A stretch of 64,000 nt of DNA from Leucoraja ocellata (GCA_036785375.1 JAWMAR010000647.1:372001-436000), one strand, 5' to 3'; positions 50,871-62,738 are shown, counted from the stretch's first letter. Program-made: numbers and translations. The notes: generated from the letters alone by a model not told the origin.

Positions 50871-51681
50871 TTCTTTTCATTTCTTATGATTATGGCCATT
50901 TAGCTTAAATAATTTACTATTAAAATATTAACAGCAACACCAAAAAAAATCCACTCGAAGCACAGTTTTGCAGCTGGTAGAGCCTCTGCCTCAAAGTGCC
51001 TGAACCCCTGCTTTGCTACTGGCCTTGGGTGCTGCCTGTGTGGAGTTTGCATATTTTCCCTGTGACTGGGTTTCCTCTGGGTGCTTCCTCCCACATCCCA
51101 ATAACGTATGGGTCTGTAGGTTAATTGTACTCTGTCAATTGCCCCGAGTGTGTAAGGAAGTGGATGCGAAAGTGGGATAACATAGAACCAGTGTGTATTA
51201 TCAGCATGGACTTACGATGAGCCAGTTTCAATACGTTACTGTATCTTCCAATTAAATGTTTTACTGAAAATATCAGTATTAATTAAAGCGGAAAATATTT
51301 TCATGTATATTTTAAGTGACAGTTGGCAGCCTCCTTCAATTGAATGGGGCAGGGCTTGATGCACTCGCCAACTCTGACTGGTGTGGTGCTGAGGGGCCAG
51401 AAACCTGGTATACCCTCCCTCTCGGCTCGGAATGTTACAAGTCCTCTGGACTTGAAGATGAATCCTCACAACAGTTCACCATTGGCATTTCTCTCCTTTC
51501 TCGCCAGATTAAACATAAATAATCCTTTCATTGAAAGATAGGTGAGCTTTAGATAAAAGAGCAATTTTGGAATAAGCTGGAATAACATTATCTGTTCTGT
51601 TATGGTTCAAAATTGTATCACAAGTAAAATGTTCTGTTTATTTTCTTTCCTACATTCATTCATGGGAATCACCAATAAGTA

Positions 51682-52897
51682 CAGGTGCACAACCTTTTAT
51701 CCGAAAGCCTTGGGACCAGACACTTGTCGGATTTCGGACTTTTTCGGATTTCAGAATGGAAGATTTTTAGCGTAGATTAGGTAGGTAGCGCGGGCGGTTT
51801 GAAAAGTCTGGAGCAGCTGCCTCCTACTCGGAGACCGGGAGAATCATTGCATAAATGTTAGTCAGTTAGTTTGGAGGGATTTTATGTGGTGGTGGTGGGG
51901 TGGGTGGGTGAAGGGGGAAACTTTAATTCTTAGTCCCCTACCTACCTGGTCGGCGACTCCCAACCTCGCGGAGCTGGGGGCTCCGTCCGGCCGCGGGCGG
52001 CGCCGGTTGTAGCTCCGACCCCGGCAACTCTACCCCTGGCTGCGAGGCGCTCCAAATCCAGCGCGGCCCGCGGCCGGACGTCCCAGCTCCGCGAATGTCG
52101 GGAGTCGGCGACGTCGCAGCGCTGGGATACCAGCGGGGAGCGAGCAATGCCTTACCGGGTCGCCGTGCGGCAAGCTCCGGAGCGCTGTGGCCGCCTTCTT
52201 CCAACATTCGCGGAGCGTCGCTGGATTTGGAGCCGCGGAGCTGGGGGCTCCGTCCGGCCGCGGGCGGCGCCGGTTGGAGCTCCGACCCCGGCAACTTTAC
52301 CCCTGGCTGCGCGGCTCCAAATCCAGCGACGCTCCGCGATGTTGTGTGTCGGCGGCCACGGCGCTCCGGAGCTTGCCGCACGGCGACCCGGTAAGGCATT
52401 GCGCTGCGACGCCGCCGACTTCCGACATTTGCGGAGCTGGGGCGTCCGGCCGCGGGCCGCGCTGGATTTGGAGCGCCTCGCAGCCAGGGGTAGAGTTGCC
52501 GGGGTCGGAGCTACAACCTGCGCCGCCCGCGGCCCCACCGGCCACAGCGCTGCGGAGCTTACTGCACGGCGACCCGGTAAGGCATTGACCGCTCCCCGCC
52601 TCTCCGACCAGGTAGGGGACTAAGAATTAAAGTTTACCCCTTCACCCCCCTTCACATAAAAGCCCTCCAAACTAACTGACTAACATTTAAGCAATGATTT
52701 ACAGATGTTTAAGCGTCTCCCGGTCTCCAGGGAGGAGGCAGCCGCTACAGTAGTACAGACCTGGGTTGACCGTGGGTCGTTTTGGGTCAGGTTTGGCGCC
52801 AAACGCGAGCTTTGGTGCGCAGACGACATCTGGAAAAAATGGCCGGTTTTCGGAGCTTTTCGGTTTCTGGAACACCGGATAAAAGGTTGTGCACCTG
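51682..52897. mobile_element. Non-autonomous Tc1/mariner (Tigger/pogo-like) DNA transposon with a GC-rich palindromic interior
   Basis: TIR CAGGTGCACAACCTTTTATCCG, TA on both sides; no transposase ORF. Confidence 0.88.
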
Positions 52898-53399
52898 TAT
52901 ATGTTTCTGGCAATATATCATTCTGCTTGAGTGGGTGATGGTGATTCTCTTTCATGTACTACTGTAGACTTCATAATGAAATACTTCCAGCATGCTGCTT
53001 ACGAAGGTAGTTTTATCATTTTAGCCATTCAATAGTAAAGATGGCAAAGTATTTCTATGTTGGGATTGGATGCGACATGCAGGGGAACTTGCAAAGGTGG
53101 CGCTGCCATGAATCAACTGCTCTTGAGTTTCTTCACGATAGAAGTTTAGAAATACAGTATGGAAGCAGGCTTTTCTGCTCATCGAGTTCATGCTGTCCAT
53201 TAATCACTAGTTCACACTAGTTCTATGTTATATCACTTTTGTGTTCACTCTCTGTACGTTAATGGCAATTTACAGAGGCCAATTAACCTACAAACCCGCA
53301 CGTCTTTGGGACGCCTTCCTTCCATCATTAGATCAAAAGTGGTGATTATTGTATTCAAATTTCAATTTCAATTATATAGGACCAGGACAACATTTAGGC

Positions 53400-53878
53400 A
53401 TGGGCTGATGAATGTAAGGTAGTATTCACAGCTATGCTAGCCAAGCTATGGTGAGTTACTGACTTCCTAACACCCCAAAGCCTTTCCACCAGATGCGAGG
53501 CATGAGTCCAGACAGTGATGGAGTATACAGCTCCAACCTCACTCAAGATGTGCAACACTATCCTGGGAAAAAAAAGCTTACTTTGTCAACACCCCAATTG
53601 TTGCCACCACTGGCGCACAATGGTTCTAACACTTTGTAACACCATCACCTCTAGTGTCTTGTCCAAGATGCACAACATCCTAGTGCCAGTCCTGCATTAC
53701 AAGGACTCAATCCTGGACCTCACTGCCTGACATTACTGTGGGAGCACCTCCACCAGAAGGACTGCAATTGTTCAAAGGGGCAGCTCACCGCCACCTTCTC
53801 AATCGTAATTAGGGATGAGCAATAAACGCTGGCCTTGTTAATGACTCCCCCATCTTGAAAAAATGAATAAATAAAAAA
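53400..53878 (+). mobile_element. Ancient L2/CR1-clade LINE 3' end
   Basis: gcagctcaccgccaccttctc...ttagggatgagcaataaacgctggcctt followed by an A-rich tail. Confidence 0.5.
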
Positions 53879-55803
53879 TCCTATTTTCACCACCCTAACA
53901 CTGATGAGTTCCAGATTATGACTGCCCTCTCCAGAAAATTGTTTTCCTACGCATCCCCAGTGATGGTATTTCCTCTGAATTTTGCATCTGCAGTCCTTTG
54001 TCTTTGAACCATCTGCTAATGGGAATAGCTTCTCTCTATTTACTCCATGCAAATCATTTGTAATCTTGTGCATTTGTCAAATCACCTTTTGGCCTTCTTT
54101 GTTCCAAGAAGAATATTCTCATCTTAATTCTAACCTTAAGCTTGAACTTTTCATTCCTTGGGATCTTTGGAAGCACACATTTTGTATAGTTGCGTGATTA
54201 TTCATACTAATCACATTGTTTTCTATTGCTGTTAAATGTTATTTGCCAAATGCAGATTCACCCCATTTGAAGAACGTTTGTTTCTGAAAGGTTTTACCAA
54301 TGGAAACACTTTGGAGCTTAATATTGTTCTTTAGATGGAGTATGAAGAAAGTAGTGTGGCAGTGTTATAACTAAATTGGCCTTTTTAAATTGAAATGGAG
54401 AATGTGTTAGTCATGATAATGCAGTTCTGTACTAAGTATTTGTTCAGCTGTCAACCCAGAGCGTGAAATCGGTAAGATTGTGGAGAAGGGGAAATCAGGC
54501 AAGCTTTATACTGAACCACATTATAGCCAATGTAAATTATTTCCTGGACAGCACATAAGTGCTTATCTGAGTAACTGTGCAACTTATTACAAGTATGTAG
54601 AGCAAAAATAAATGATTCTTGCAATTGACACAGTGGTACTTTGTAGGACATTTAAAAATTGTTTTAAGCTATTTAGTAAATTGAAACAAATGCATTAAAG
54701 CATTAAATGCTCTGGTTGTCAGAGCAATCAAATGAAGATGCAACTAATGAAAATAAATCTAATTACCATATATAATTACCTATGAGAGCCTTAAAAAAAA
54801 AGAGTTTCTGCCCAATCAAGGATTAGTGGTAGTTGAAGGTATTGTATTGATGATGTATGGAGTGGTAATTTACTGGCCTCTGGGAAGAAATACTCAATCA
54901 GTCGAATAATTATGTGTGGCTTTTTTGTGCATTGGTAGCAAAGCATAACAAAAAAGAAATGTTCCTAAAAACAATACGACTGTAGTGGAACGCAGTTGAG
55001 TATTGATGAATTCGTGGGAATTTTCAGTGGGAAAGGATTAGCATTTGGACACAATAAGGGCAAATAGAATGAGGAACAAATGGGGAATTTAGAAGGGATA
55101 CACTGCATTATGTCTGTGAAGTGATCAGACGTTTCAATGGAAAACATTATTTAAACCATGAAATCCATTTAATGTGTGTATTCTGGTCACAAAATGGATA
55201 GACGACTGAAAGGTCTAGCGGATTTAGTTAAATATAATATTCCCTTTGACAAGTTTATTTTACTTAATGTTATCAACACGTTTCAAAATATATTTAGCTT
55301 GCCATAAACCCAGTTGCCTTCAAACAGAAAATGACGCACATATCATGTACATTTGTATAATGAGTTTCAAACGTTAACCTCACCACCCTTTCACACTGCT
55401 TACTCTTATTCCAATTGTGAGAGTGGCTCTCACCATTCTCCCTCCTTTTTAACATGAATGCTATAAAATTAATTTGATTTCCGAAACCAATTGTAAAATG
55501 TTTTAAAGAAATGGAAATATAAATTATTTATTCCTGCAGACTTAGGCAATAGTGACTTTTAATCAAGAGAAAATGTTTTCACCATCTACATTCATACAAC
55601 AAAAGAAAGTACTCACCATGGTCTATATTGCCAATAGATAATGGATCTGTGCCTAAAAGTTTGTTTGATTTTTTTACCAAGCCAAGATTGGAGGATTTTT
55701 AGTTATGAGTATAGGTTGCTCAGGCTGTGTTTGTCTTCTTTAGAATAGAAGAGATTGAGGAAAGATTCAATGGAGGTGTATAAAATTCAAAGGACCCTTA
55801 GAG

Positions 55804-55857
55804 AGGGTGGGAGATTGCAACCATCACATGGTCTGCCCTGTTTTGACGAATGCAATC
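55804..55857 (+). ncRNA. Degenerate HDV/CPEB3-like ribozyme (copy 3)
   Basis: P1 AGGGTGG/CTGCCCT, P2 and P3 intact, L3 mutated to ATCACAT, J4/2 CGAA. Confidence 0.6.
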
Positions 55858-55944
55858 GACTTGGCATGCACAATCAAATAAGGTCAAATAGAACAAGTTG
55901 TCCTACAACTTTAGGCTGTGCACGCCATACGCATGAAGAAGAAG
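55804..55944 (+). mobile_element. Short ribozyme-headed (GAA)n-tailed retroelement, copy 3
   Basis: Same body and gaagaagaag tail. Degenerate TSD cccttagagag / cccacagagag. Confidence 0.8.
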
Positions 55945-56499
55945 CCCACAGAGAGTAGAAAGGAAGCATCTATTCCCCATGCCAAAGGCAGAACTAAGTT
56001 CATAGATTTAAGGGAATTGTTGGAAAGGTTATACGTGAATAGAATTTTCAGTTAAAAATCCCTGGAACTTACTATCTGAATGAACAAGTTTAAGAATAAG
56101 CCCAAGAACATTAAGAAAGAGCAGGATTAGAACATTTTTCCCCTCAGCATGCTCCCCATTTCAACTTGATTTATGAATGATTTGCCCCAGGCCTCTATTC
56201 CTCTTCTCCGGTTCCCTATTGCCCTCAGTTTCTTGATCTTTCAAAAGTGTATGTATTTCCTCTCTCCAAATACCCACAAATCTTGTCACCACTTTCTCCA
56301 CCTCATAAGTGGAGAAAGACGGAGATTCACCACTCTCTGTTAGAAGGTGGTCTACGTACCTCAGCTTCCAAAGTCCTCAAGATTGAGATCCTTCTCCAAG
56401 TGGAAACATCTCGACCTCTACCTTGAATAAGAGGAAATACATACACTTTTGAAAGATCAAGAAACTGAGGGCAATAGGGAACCGGAGAGCCTTGAATAA

Positions 56500-57987
56500 C
56501 CAACCATATAACAACCATATAACAATTACAGCACGGAAACAGGCCATCTCGGCCCTACAAGTCCATGCCGAACAAATTTTTTTCCCCTTAGTCCCACCTG
56601 CCTGCACTCGTACCATAATCCTCCATTCCCTTCTCATCCATATGCCTATCCAATTTATTTTTAAATGATACCAATGAACCTGCCTCCACCACTTCCACTG
56701 GGAGCTCATTCCACACCGCCACCACTCTCTGCGTAAAGAAGTTCCCCCTCATATTACCCCTAAACTTCTGTCCCTTAATTCTGAAGTCATGTCCTCTTGT
56801 TTGAATCTTCCCTATTCTCAAAGGGAAAAGCTTGTCCACATCAACTCTGTCTATCCCTCTCATCATTTTAAAAACCTCTATCAGGTCCCCCCTTAACCTT
56901 CTGCGCTCCAGAGAATAAAGACCTAACTTATTCAACCTATCTCTGTAACTTAGTTGTTGAAACCCAGGCAACATTCTAGTAAATCTCGTCTGTACTCTCT
57001 CTATTTTGTTGACATCCTTCCTATAATTTGGCGACCAAAATTGTACCCCATACTCCAGATTTGGTCTCACCAATGCCTTGTACAATTTTAACATTACATC
57101 CCAGCTTCTATACTCAATGCTCTGATTTATAAAGGCTAGCATACCAAAAGCTTTCTTTACCACCCTATCTACATGAGATTCCACCTTCAAGGAACTATGC
57201 ACGGTTATACCCAGATCCCTCTGTTCAACTGTATTCTTCAATTCCCTACCATTTACCATGTACGTCCTATTTTGATTTGTCCTGCCAAGGTGTAGCACCT
57301 CACATTTATCAGCATTAAACTCCATCTGCCATCTTTCAGCCCATTTTTCCAAATGGCCTAAATCACTCTGTAGACTTTGGAAATCCTCTTCATTATCCAC
57401 AACACCCCCTATCTTGGTATCATCTGCATACTTACTAATCCAATTTACCACACCTTCATCCAGATCATTGATGTACATGACAAACAACAAAGGACCCAAC
57501 ACAGATCCCTGAGGCACCCCATTAGTCACCTGCCTCCAACCCGATAAACAGCCATCCACCATTACCCTCTGGCTACTCCCATTCAGCCACTGTTGAATCC
57601 ATCTTGCTATTCCTGCATTTATACCCAACAGTTGAACCTTCTTAACCAACCTTCCATGAGGAACCTTGTCAAAGGCCTTACTAAAGTCCATATAGACAAC
57701 ATCCACTGCTTTACCCTCGTCAATTTCCCTAGTAACCTCTTCAAAAAATTCAAGAAGATTAGTCAAACATGACCTTCCAGGCACAAATCCATGTTGACTG
57801 TTCCTAATCAGACCCTGTTTATCTAGATGATTATATATATTGTCTCTAAGTATCTTTTCCATTAATTTGCCCACCACTGAAGTCAAACTAACAGGTCTAT
57901 AATTGCTAGGTTTACTCTTAGAACCCTTTTTAAACAATGGAACAACATGCGCAGTACGCCAATCCTCGGGGACTATTCCCATTTCTA
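56500..57987 (-). mobile_element. Young CR1 LINE, 5'-truncated, with an uninterrupted RT-to-C-terminus ORF
   Basis: 464-aa ORF, 3' UTR and aaccatat tail. Confidence 0.95.
56588..57982 (-). CDS. CR1 ORF2 reverse transcriptase domain (5'-truncated, open)
   Basis: SNYRPVSLTS, QHGF, YMDFSKAFDKV, GVPQGSVLGPLLF, KYADDTKI. Confidence 0.85.
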   Translation of the reverse strand: MGIVPEDWRTAHVVPLFKKGSKSKPSNYRPVSLTSVVGKLMEKILRDNIYNHLDKQGLIRNSQHGFVPGRSCLTNLLEFFEEVTREIDEGKAVDVVYMDFSKAFDKVPHGRLVKKVQLLGINAGIARWIQQWLNGSSQRVMVDGCLSGWRQVTNGVPQGSVLGPLLFVMYINDLDEGVVNWISKYADDTKIGGVVDNEEDFQSLQSDLGHLEKWAERWQMEFNADKCEVLHLGRTNQNRTYMVNGRELKNTVEQRDLGITVHSSLKVESHVDRVVKKAFGMLAFINQSIEYRSWDVMLKLYKALVRPNLEYGVQFWSPNYRKDVNKIERVQTRFTRMLPGFQQLSYRDRLNKLGLYSLERRRLRGDLIEVFKMMRGIDRVDVDKLFPLRIGKIQTRGHDFRIKGQKFRGNMRGNFFTQRVVAVWNELPVEVVEAGSLVSFKNKLDRHMDEKGMEDYGTSAGRWD

Positions 57988-59177
57988 ATAAGTCTACTGG
58001 TTTCAGTCACTTTCAAAGGAGAGAAATCATGAATTCAATTAAAATGTATTTGCGTATGCAATGGCGGTGTCATAACTATGAATTCATAACTGCGAGGTAA
58101 TTTGGCCATATATCTTCTTCTTTGCCTGTGGTGACTGAGCTAGAAGGTTTCCCATGCCATTACCTTCCATATTCCACTGTTATAACCTCTTTTTCTCTAA
58201 GTTTTAATTTTTTTAATACAATATCCCCTGTTGTAGGAGCCTTTTGGCTGCTTGTGGGGCACCTTTACTCGCTAGGAGATATCATTCTACCTTTCCGTCA
58301 GCTGCCACAAGGCATCATTTGCCTGTTCCTACCTGATCCTGCATTGAACATCAATTACAATCCTTGTGCATTTTATTTAAATTTTCACAATCTTTGCAGC
58401 AGAGACACACAGCAACATTTTCAAAAGAGAACCAAAGAGATTTCCAGTGTCGGGAAATGTAGGGCAATGTAAAACTAGATCTGATGTAACATGGTAATAA
58501 TATGTTTGTAAATTTTTTTTTAGACTTTGAAGGATGTAAAGGTGTTTTCTTAACTGCATTCCAGATGTAGAACAAACTTCAATTTCACAAGGTCAATTGC
58601 GTCAGCATGCATAATTTCTGATATGTTATGGTGAAAATTGCCCTTGCTTACTTTCCTTTTGAAACAAATATCCAACCAGTACCAGAGGTTTTTCATGGAT
58701 GCAAGTCATGCATGATGTTACTGCAGTCTCTGTCCTTTTGCAACTTAGTAAATAGTTTTATGCCACTCTTTTGGTGATCCTGTATTCCACACATCATTCG
58801 CCAGTTAGAACGGTTTATGGGTCTGTCTCTTTTCTCTCTCCCATTAAAATGTCTGTACTGCAGGTTATGCCTGTTAGACTTAGAAACCAGAACGCTGAAT
58901 TCAGTTTTGATTCTGTTAGGAAGCAACTGGAAGAATAAAGTCTACACATTCTGAAGCCTATGATTTCACTTGATGAGGAAAGACGCAAAATGCTGGAGTA
59001 AGTCAATGTGTCAGGCAGCATCCCTAGAGAGCATGGATAGGGTACATTTTGGGTCGGGACGTTTCTCAAAACTGAATTACTCCAACATTTTGTGTCTTTG
59101 CTTGGGAAACCAGCATCTGCAGTCCCTTGTTTCTACACCCTAATTTTACTTGATGTCCATTCTTTTATGAAAACACA

Positions 59178-59656
59178 AATTCACCAGGTTAATTCCCGGG
59201 ATGGTGGGACTGACATGTGATGAAAGAATGGGTCGACTGGGCTTGCATTCACTGGAATTTAGAAGGATGAGAACGGATGTTATGGATACATATAAAATTC
59301 TTAAAGGATTGGACAGGCTAGATGCAGGTTAAATGTTCCCAATGTTGGGGGAGTCCAGAATCAGGGGTCACTGCTGAAGAATACGGGGTAGGCCATTTAG
59401 GACTGAGATGAGGAAACAGTTTTTCACCCAGATAGTTGTGAATCTGTGGAATTCTCTGCCACAGGCAGTGGAGGCCAATTCACTGGAATTTTTCAAGAGA
59501 GTTAGATTTAGCTCTTAGGGCTAAGGGAATCAAGGGATAGTGGTAAATAGCAGGAATAGGGTACTGATTTAAGATGATCAGCCATGATCATATTGAATGG
59601 TGGTCCTGGAAGGGCCGAATGGCCTATTCCTGCACCCATTTTCTATGTTTCTATGT
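59178..59656 (+). mobile_element. CR1 3' end
   Basis: ctggaatttagaaggatgaga...gtgaatctgtggaattctctgcc and ttctatgtttctatg tail. Confidence 0.85.
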
Positions 59657-60632
59657 CTTCCAAATATTTTGGTAAATCATGTTAGCGACTTCCACTACTA
59701 AAACTTGCTATGTGTTGTTTACCAATGGGTAAATCTAGCTTTTTGCCAGACCCTCTGACAAATGTATTCTTGTTGCAAATGTGTGCAGAGCAGTGGTTTT
59801 TCATCAATTATCTCCTGGATTGGCGATCGGAGCTAGTCGAGGAATTCAGTTGATCAACAGGGAGATTATGTGGGGCAAAAGAGCAAATCATGAAGAGAAA
59901 ACCATAGCAACTTACCTGGAAAATTGTGGCCAACTCAAGCTCACCGCCAGTGGCCATGTTTGGCTCAGATTTTATTTAGTTTAGTTTAGACGTACAGTGT
60001 GGAGAGGGGCCCTTTCGCCCACTGAAAAGCCACGTGGTTATAGGGAGAATGTACAAACTCCATACAAACAGCACACGTAGTCCGGATCAAACCCAGGTCT
60101 CTGCCGCTGTAATGCACCACCTTGCCACTGTATGTAATGTGCATTATCTACACCTTTCTAGTGTAGTATACTTAACTCTTCTGTTGAGATATTTTCTGAA
60201 TTTGAGATGCTCTCTCCATAGCTATAATGTATTTTGGAATGAAAACATAATGAGATCAATGCCAAATTCCATAGTAAGAATGAGCTGGGCATATGAAGTA
60301 ACATTTTGCCCTGGCAAATGCAATTAATTTCAATCTTATTACCTTGAAAATACAGTTTGTGCCACTGAGTTTGTAATACATTTGATGTGGTGGCAAATTG
60401 TTGATCTGTAAGCTATATTAAGCAAACCAAAATAAAGATATAATGTTTTAGTGGTATTTTAATTACCACATTCTGACAATCCAAAAGTATATACACAGTA
60501 TAAGCACTTAACATAACTGACGTTAAAGAAGTTAAAGATAGGTCTCTGCATGTGCTTTTTAGGTTGATTGTGAGTGTTTAATTTTAATTGTATGGATTTC
60601 TCAAATTGGGATAAAAAAGAACAAATTAAGTA

Positions 60633-60903
60633 TGGACGGCACAGCTGGTAGAGCCATTGCCTCACAGCACCAGGGACCTGAGTTTAATCCTGACCTCATG
60701 TTATTTGTGTGGCGCTTGTACGTTCTCCCTGTGATCACGTGGGTTTCCTTCGGGTGCTCTGGTTTCTTCCCACAAATTGCGTAATTGCCCCTAATATGGA
60801 AGGTGTGGATGTGACTGGGAAAAATAGAACTTGTGCGTACGGGTGATCTATGGTCGGTGGGTCAAAAGGCCTATTTCAATGCTGCATCTCTAAACATAAC
60901 TAA
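60633..60903 (+). mobile_element. V-SINE ending about 55 nt upstream of the last TGFBR3 exon
   Basis: SINE consensus; another SINE fragment lies on the minus strand at 59975-60130. Confidence 0.75.
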
Positions 60904-60959
60904 GTAATGATCCTTAACTGAATAGATTTGTTATTAACATTTATCTCTATCTCATCAAG

Positions 60960-61155
60960 ATCTCTGACAGGGACAGTATTAAATTTAGTCGCGAGACAGA
61001 AGCATCCATGGCTGTGGTGAAGAAAACCTCATCTAATCTGACGACCGCCAAGCTTGACCTTATGCGTTGGGTTCGAGAACGAGGTCACAGCACGATCACT
61101 TCATATACAAAGGCCTCGGTTGCCAACCACATTCATTTAAGGCTTCAGGAAACTG
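60960..61155 (+). CDS. TGFBR3: TGFBR3 internal exon, about 196 nt, phase 0/1
   Basis: In-frame acceptor ctcatcaAG, donor GTAAGT. ISDRDSIKFSRETEASMAVVKK...LMRWVRERGHSTITSYTKASVANHIHLRLQET matches betaglycan SIGFGKESERSM...ITSYTMAPVANRFHLRLEN. The exact start is less certain. Confidence 0.85.
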
Positions 61156-61339
61156 GTAAGTGTTCAAGAATGTGTATCTTCAGTGGGAGTTAGAACTGAA
61201 TTATAATCTGATCACAGCTATATATCAGCATCTTTAATCCCAACAGCAATGAATGTCCATCATATATAAACAATGTCTCAAAACAAATTGGAAGGGCTCA
61301 GAAGTTATATAGTTATCTACAAGTATTTAAAATAGACTA

Positions 61340-62738
61340 CAGGTGCACAACCTTTTATCCGAAGATCCAAATAACGAAAACCTCCGAATAGCGACATTTT
61401 TTCGGTCCTTGAAGAAAGGTCCTTGAAAACGTTCACCGAGGGCGGCCCGCAGAGGTGACAGCGGAACCTCCGGTCGGTCCTCGAAGAAAGGGGAACTAAA
61501 TCCCCATTCATAAAAGAGAAGGTGAGGGTATATTGCGCGGGAGGGTTAATAATTGACAATATGCTGCTACCTGCCAGCTTAGTTAAAAAGTTCCCACGGT
61601 AGACTCACGATACACAGTGTATCGTGAGTCTTGCGTGGGAACTTTTTAACTCAGCGTGCAGGCAGCAGTAGATTGTCGCTCCCTTCTGTTTCACCCCACC
61701 TACACCCCTCTGCTTCCCGGCCATGTGTGTGACCCCTTCCCTCCCCTCTCCAGCTCCCCGCTCATTGCACCGGCGCGGGGGCTTTGTACTGTCTTCACGT
61801 CGCGATGCTAGCAGCACAGTGCCAGTCACCGGAGACGTCAGGACCAAGGGACACCGACCCCCAGGCCCACTGCAAGCACAGAGATCGCAGAGACCCACAG
61901 CCAGCAGCAGCCCAGCCCCGCTCCAACTACAGAGGAACCTGGGTTGCAGATGACGGGGCGCAGCTCGGGGCGTCGGGGAGTGGGTTCCTGTTGGTCCTGA
62001 CGTCTATGGCCACCTGCTATCCTCCGGGAACTGTACCGCCCTTGCAGGAGAGTGGGGTTGTTTGCAGTTGCAGAGGGAGGGGGCAAGGGCGGTACAGTTC
62101 CCAGTCTCAGCTCCAGTCCAGGGGGGTGGCCGGAGACGTCAGGACCAACGGGACAGCGACCCCCAGGCCCGCTGCAAGCACGGAGATCCCAGAGACCCAC
62201 AGCCAGCAGCAACTCCAGCCCAGCCCCGCTCCAACTCCAGAGGAACACGTAGGGGCAGAAGCGGATGGTGTGCAAGGTGTTCTTGGGGTGGCGCAGCTCG
62301 GGCTGTGGGCAAACTGCCACTTGTCGCCGTAGCGGCCCATCGGGGAGCGGATTCCTCTGGAGTTGGAGGGGGAGGGGGGTATTGTGCTGTTTGATCGCCC
62401 CCTACTATCCCAGGGACAGGGAGACACAGCGGCTTTTTAGACTGGTGGGCAATCACTTCCAAAGTTCTGCCCACACAGTCAGCACACCTCTCCTACATTG
62501 CATTTCATACAAACATTTATTCTGCAAGAAAAAACGACATTGAAGACTCAAACTCGCGACCGAGTAACTGCCGGGATCAAGGCACAAACACGCGACCTTG
62601 CGGATATGAGCCGAGCACTCTACCACTGAGCCAGCCATTAAAATCTACGCTAAAAAATTTCCATTCCGAAGACCGACAAATTCTGAATTACGAAAAGTGT
62701 CTGGTCGCAAGGCTTTCGGATAAAAGGTTGTGCACCTG
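61340..62738. mobile_element. Second Tigger/pogo-like non-autonomous element: same TIR, opposite orientation, different interior
   Basis: TIR CAGGTGCACAACCTTTTATCCGAA, TA TSD. The right end is the reverse complement of the left end of 51682-52897. Confidence 0.88.

Noticed and set aside
51938-52623. Multiple overlapping 100-160 aa ORFs; similar ones at 61723-62543, 16280-16732 and 18779-19421
   Set aside because: Stop-poor GC-rich MITE interiors with no transposase motifs.
26175-57987. The CR1 5' half (+, ends at EIAGA) and the CR1 3' half (-, starts about 25 nt further along the element) look like one element split by a 32-kb inversion
   Set aside because: Such an inversion would flip four TGFBR3 exons relative to the fifth, but all five are colinear on the + strand. 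Treated as coincidence.
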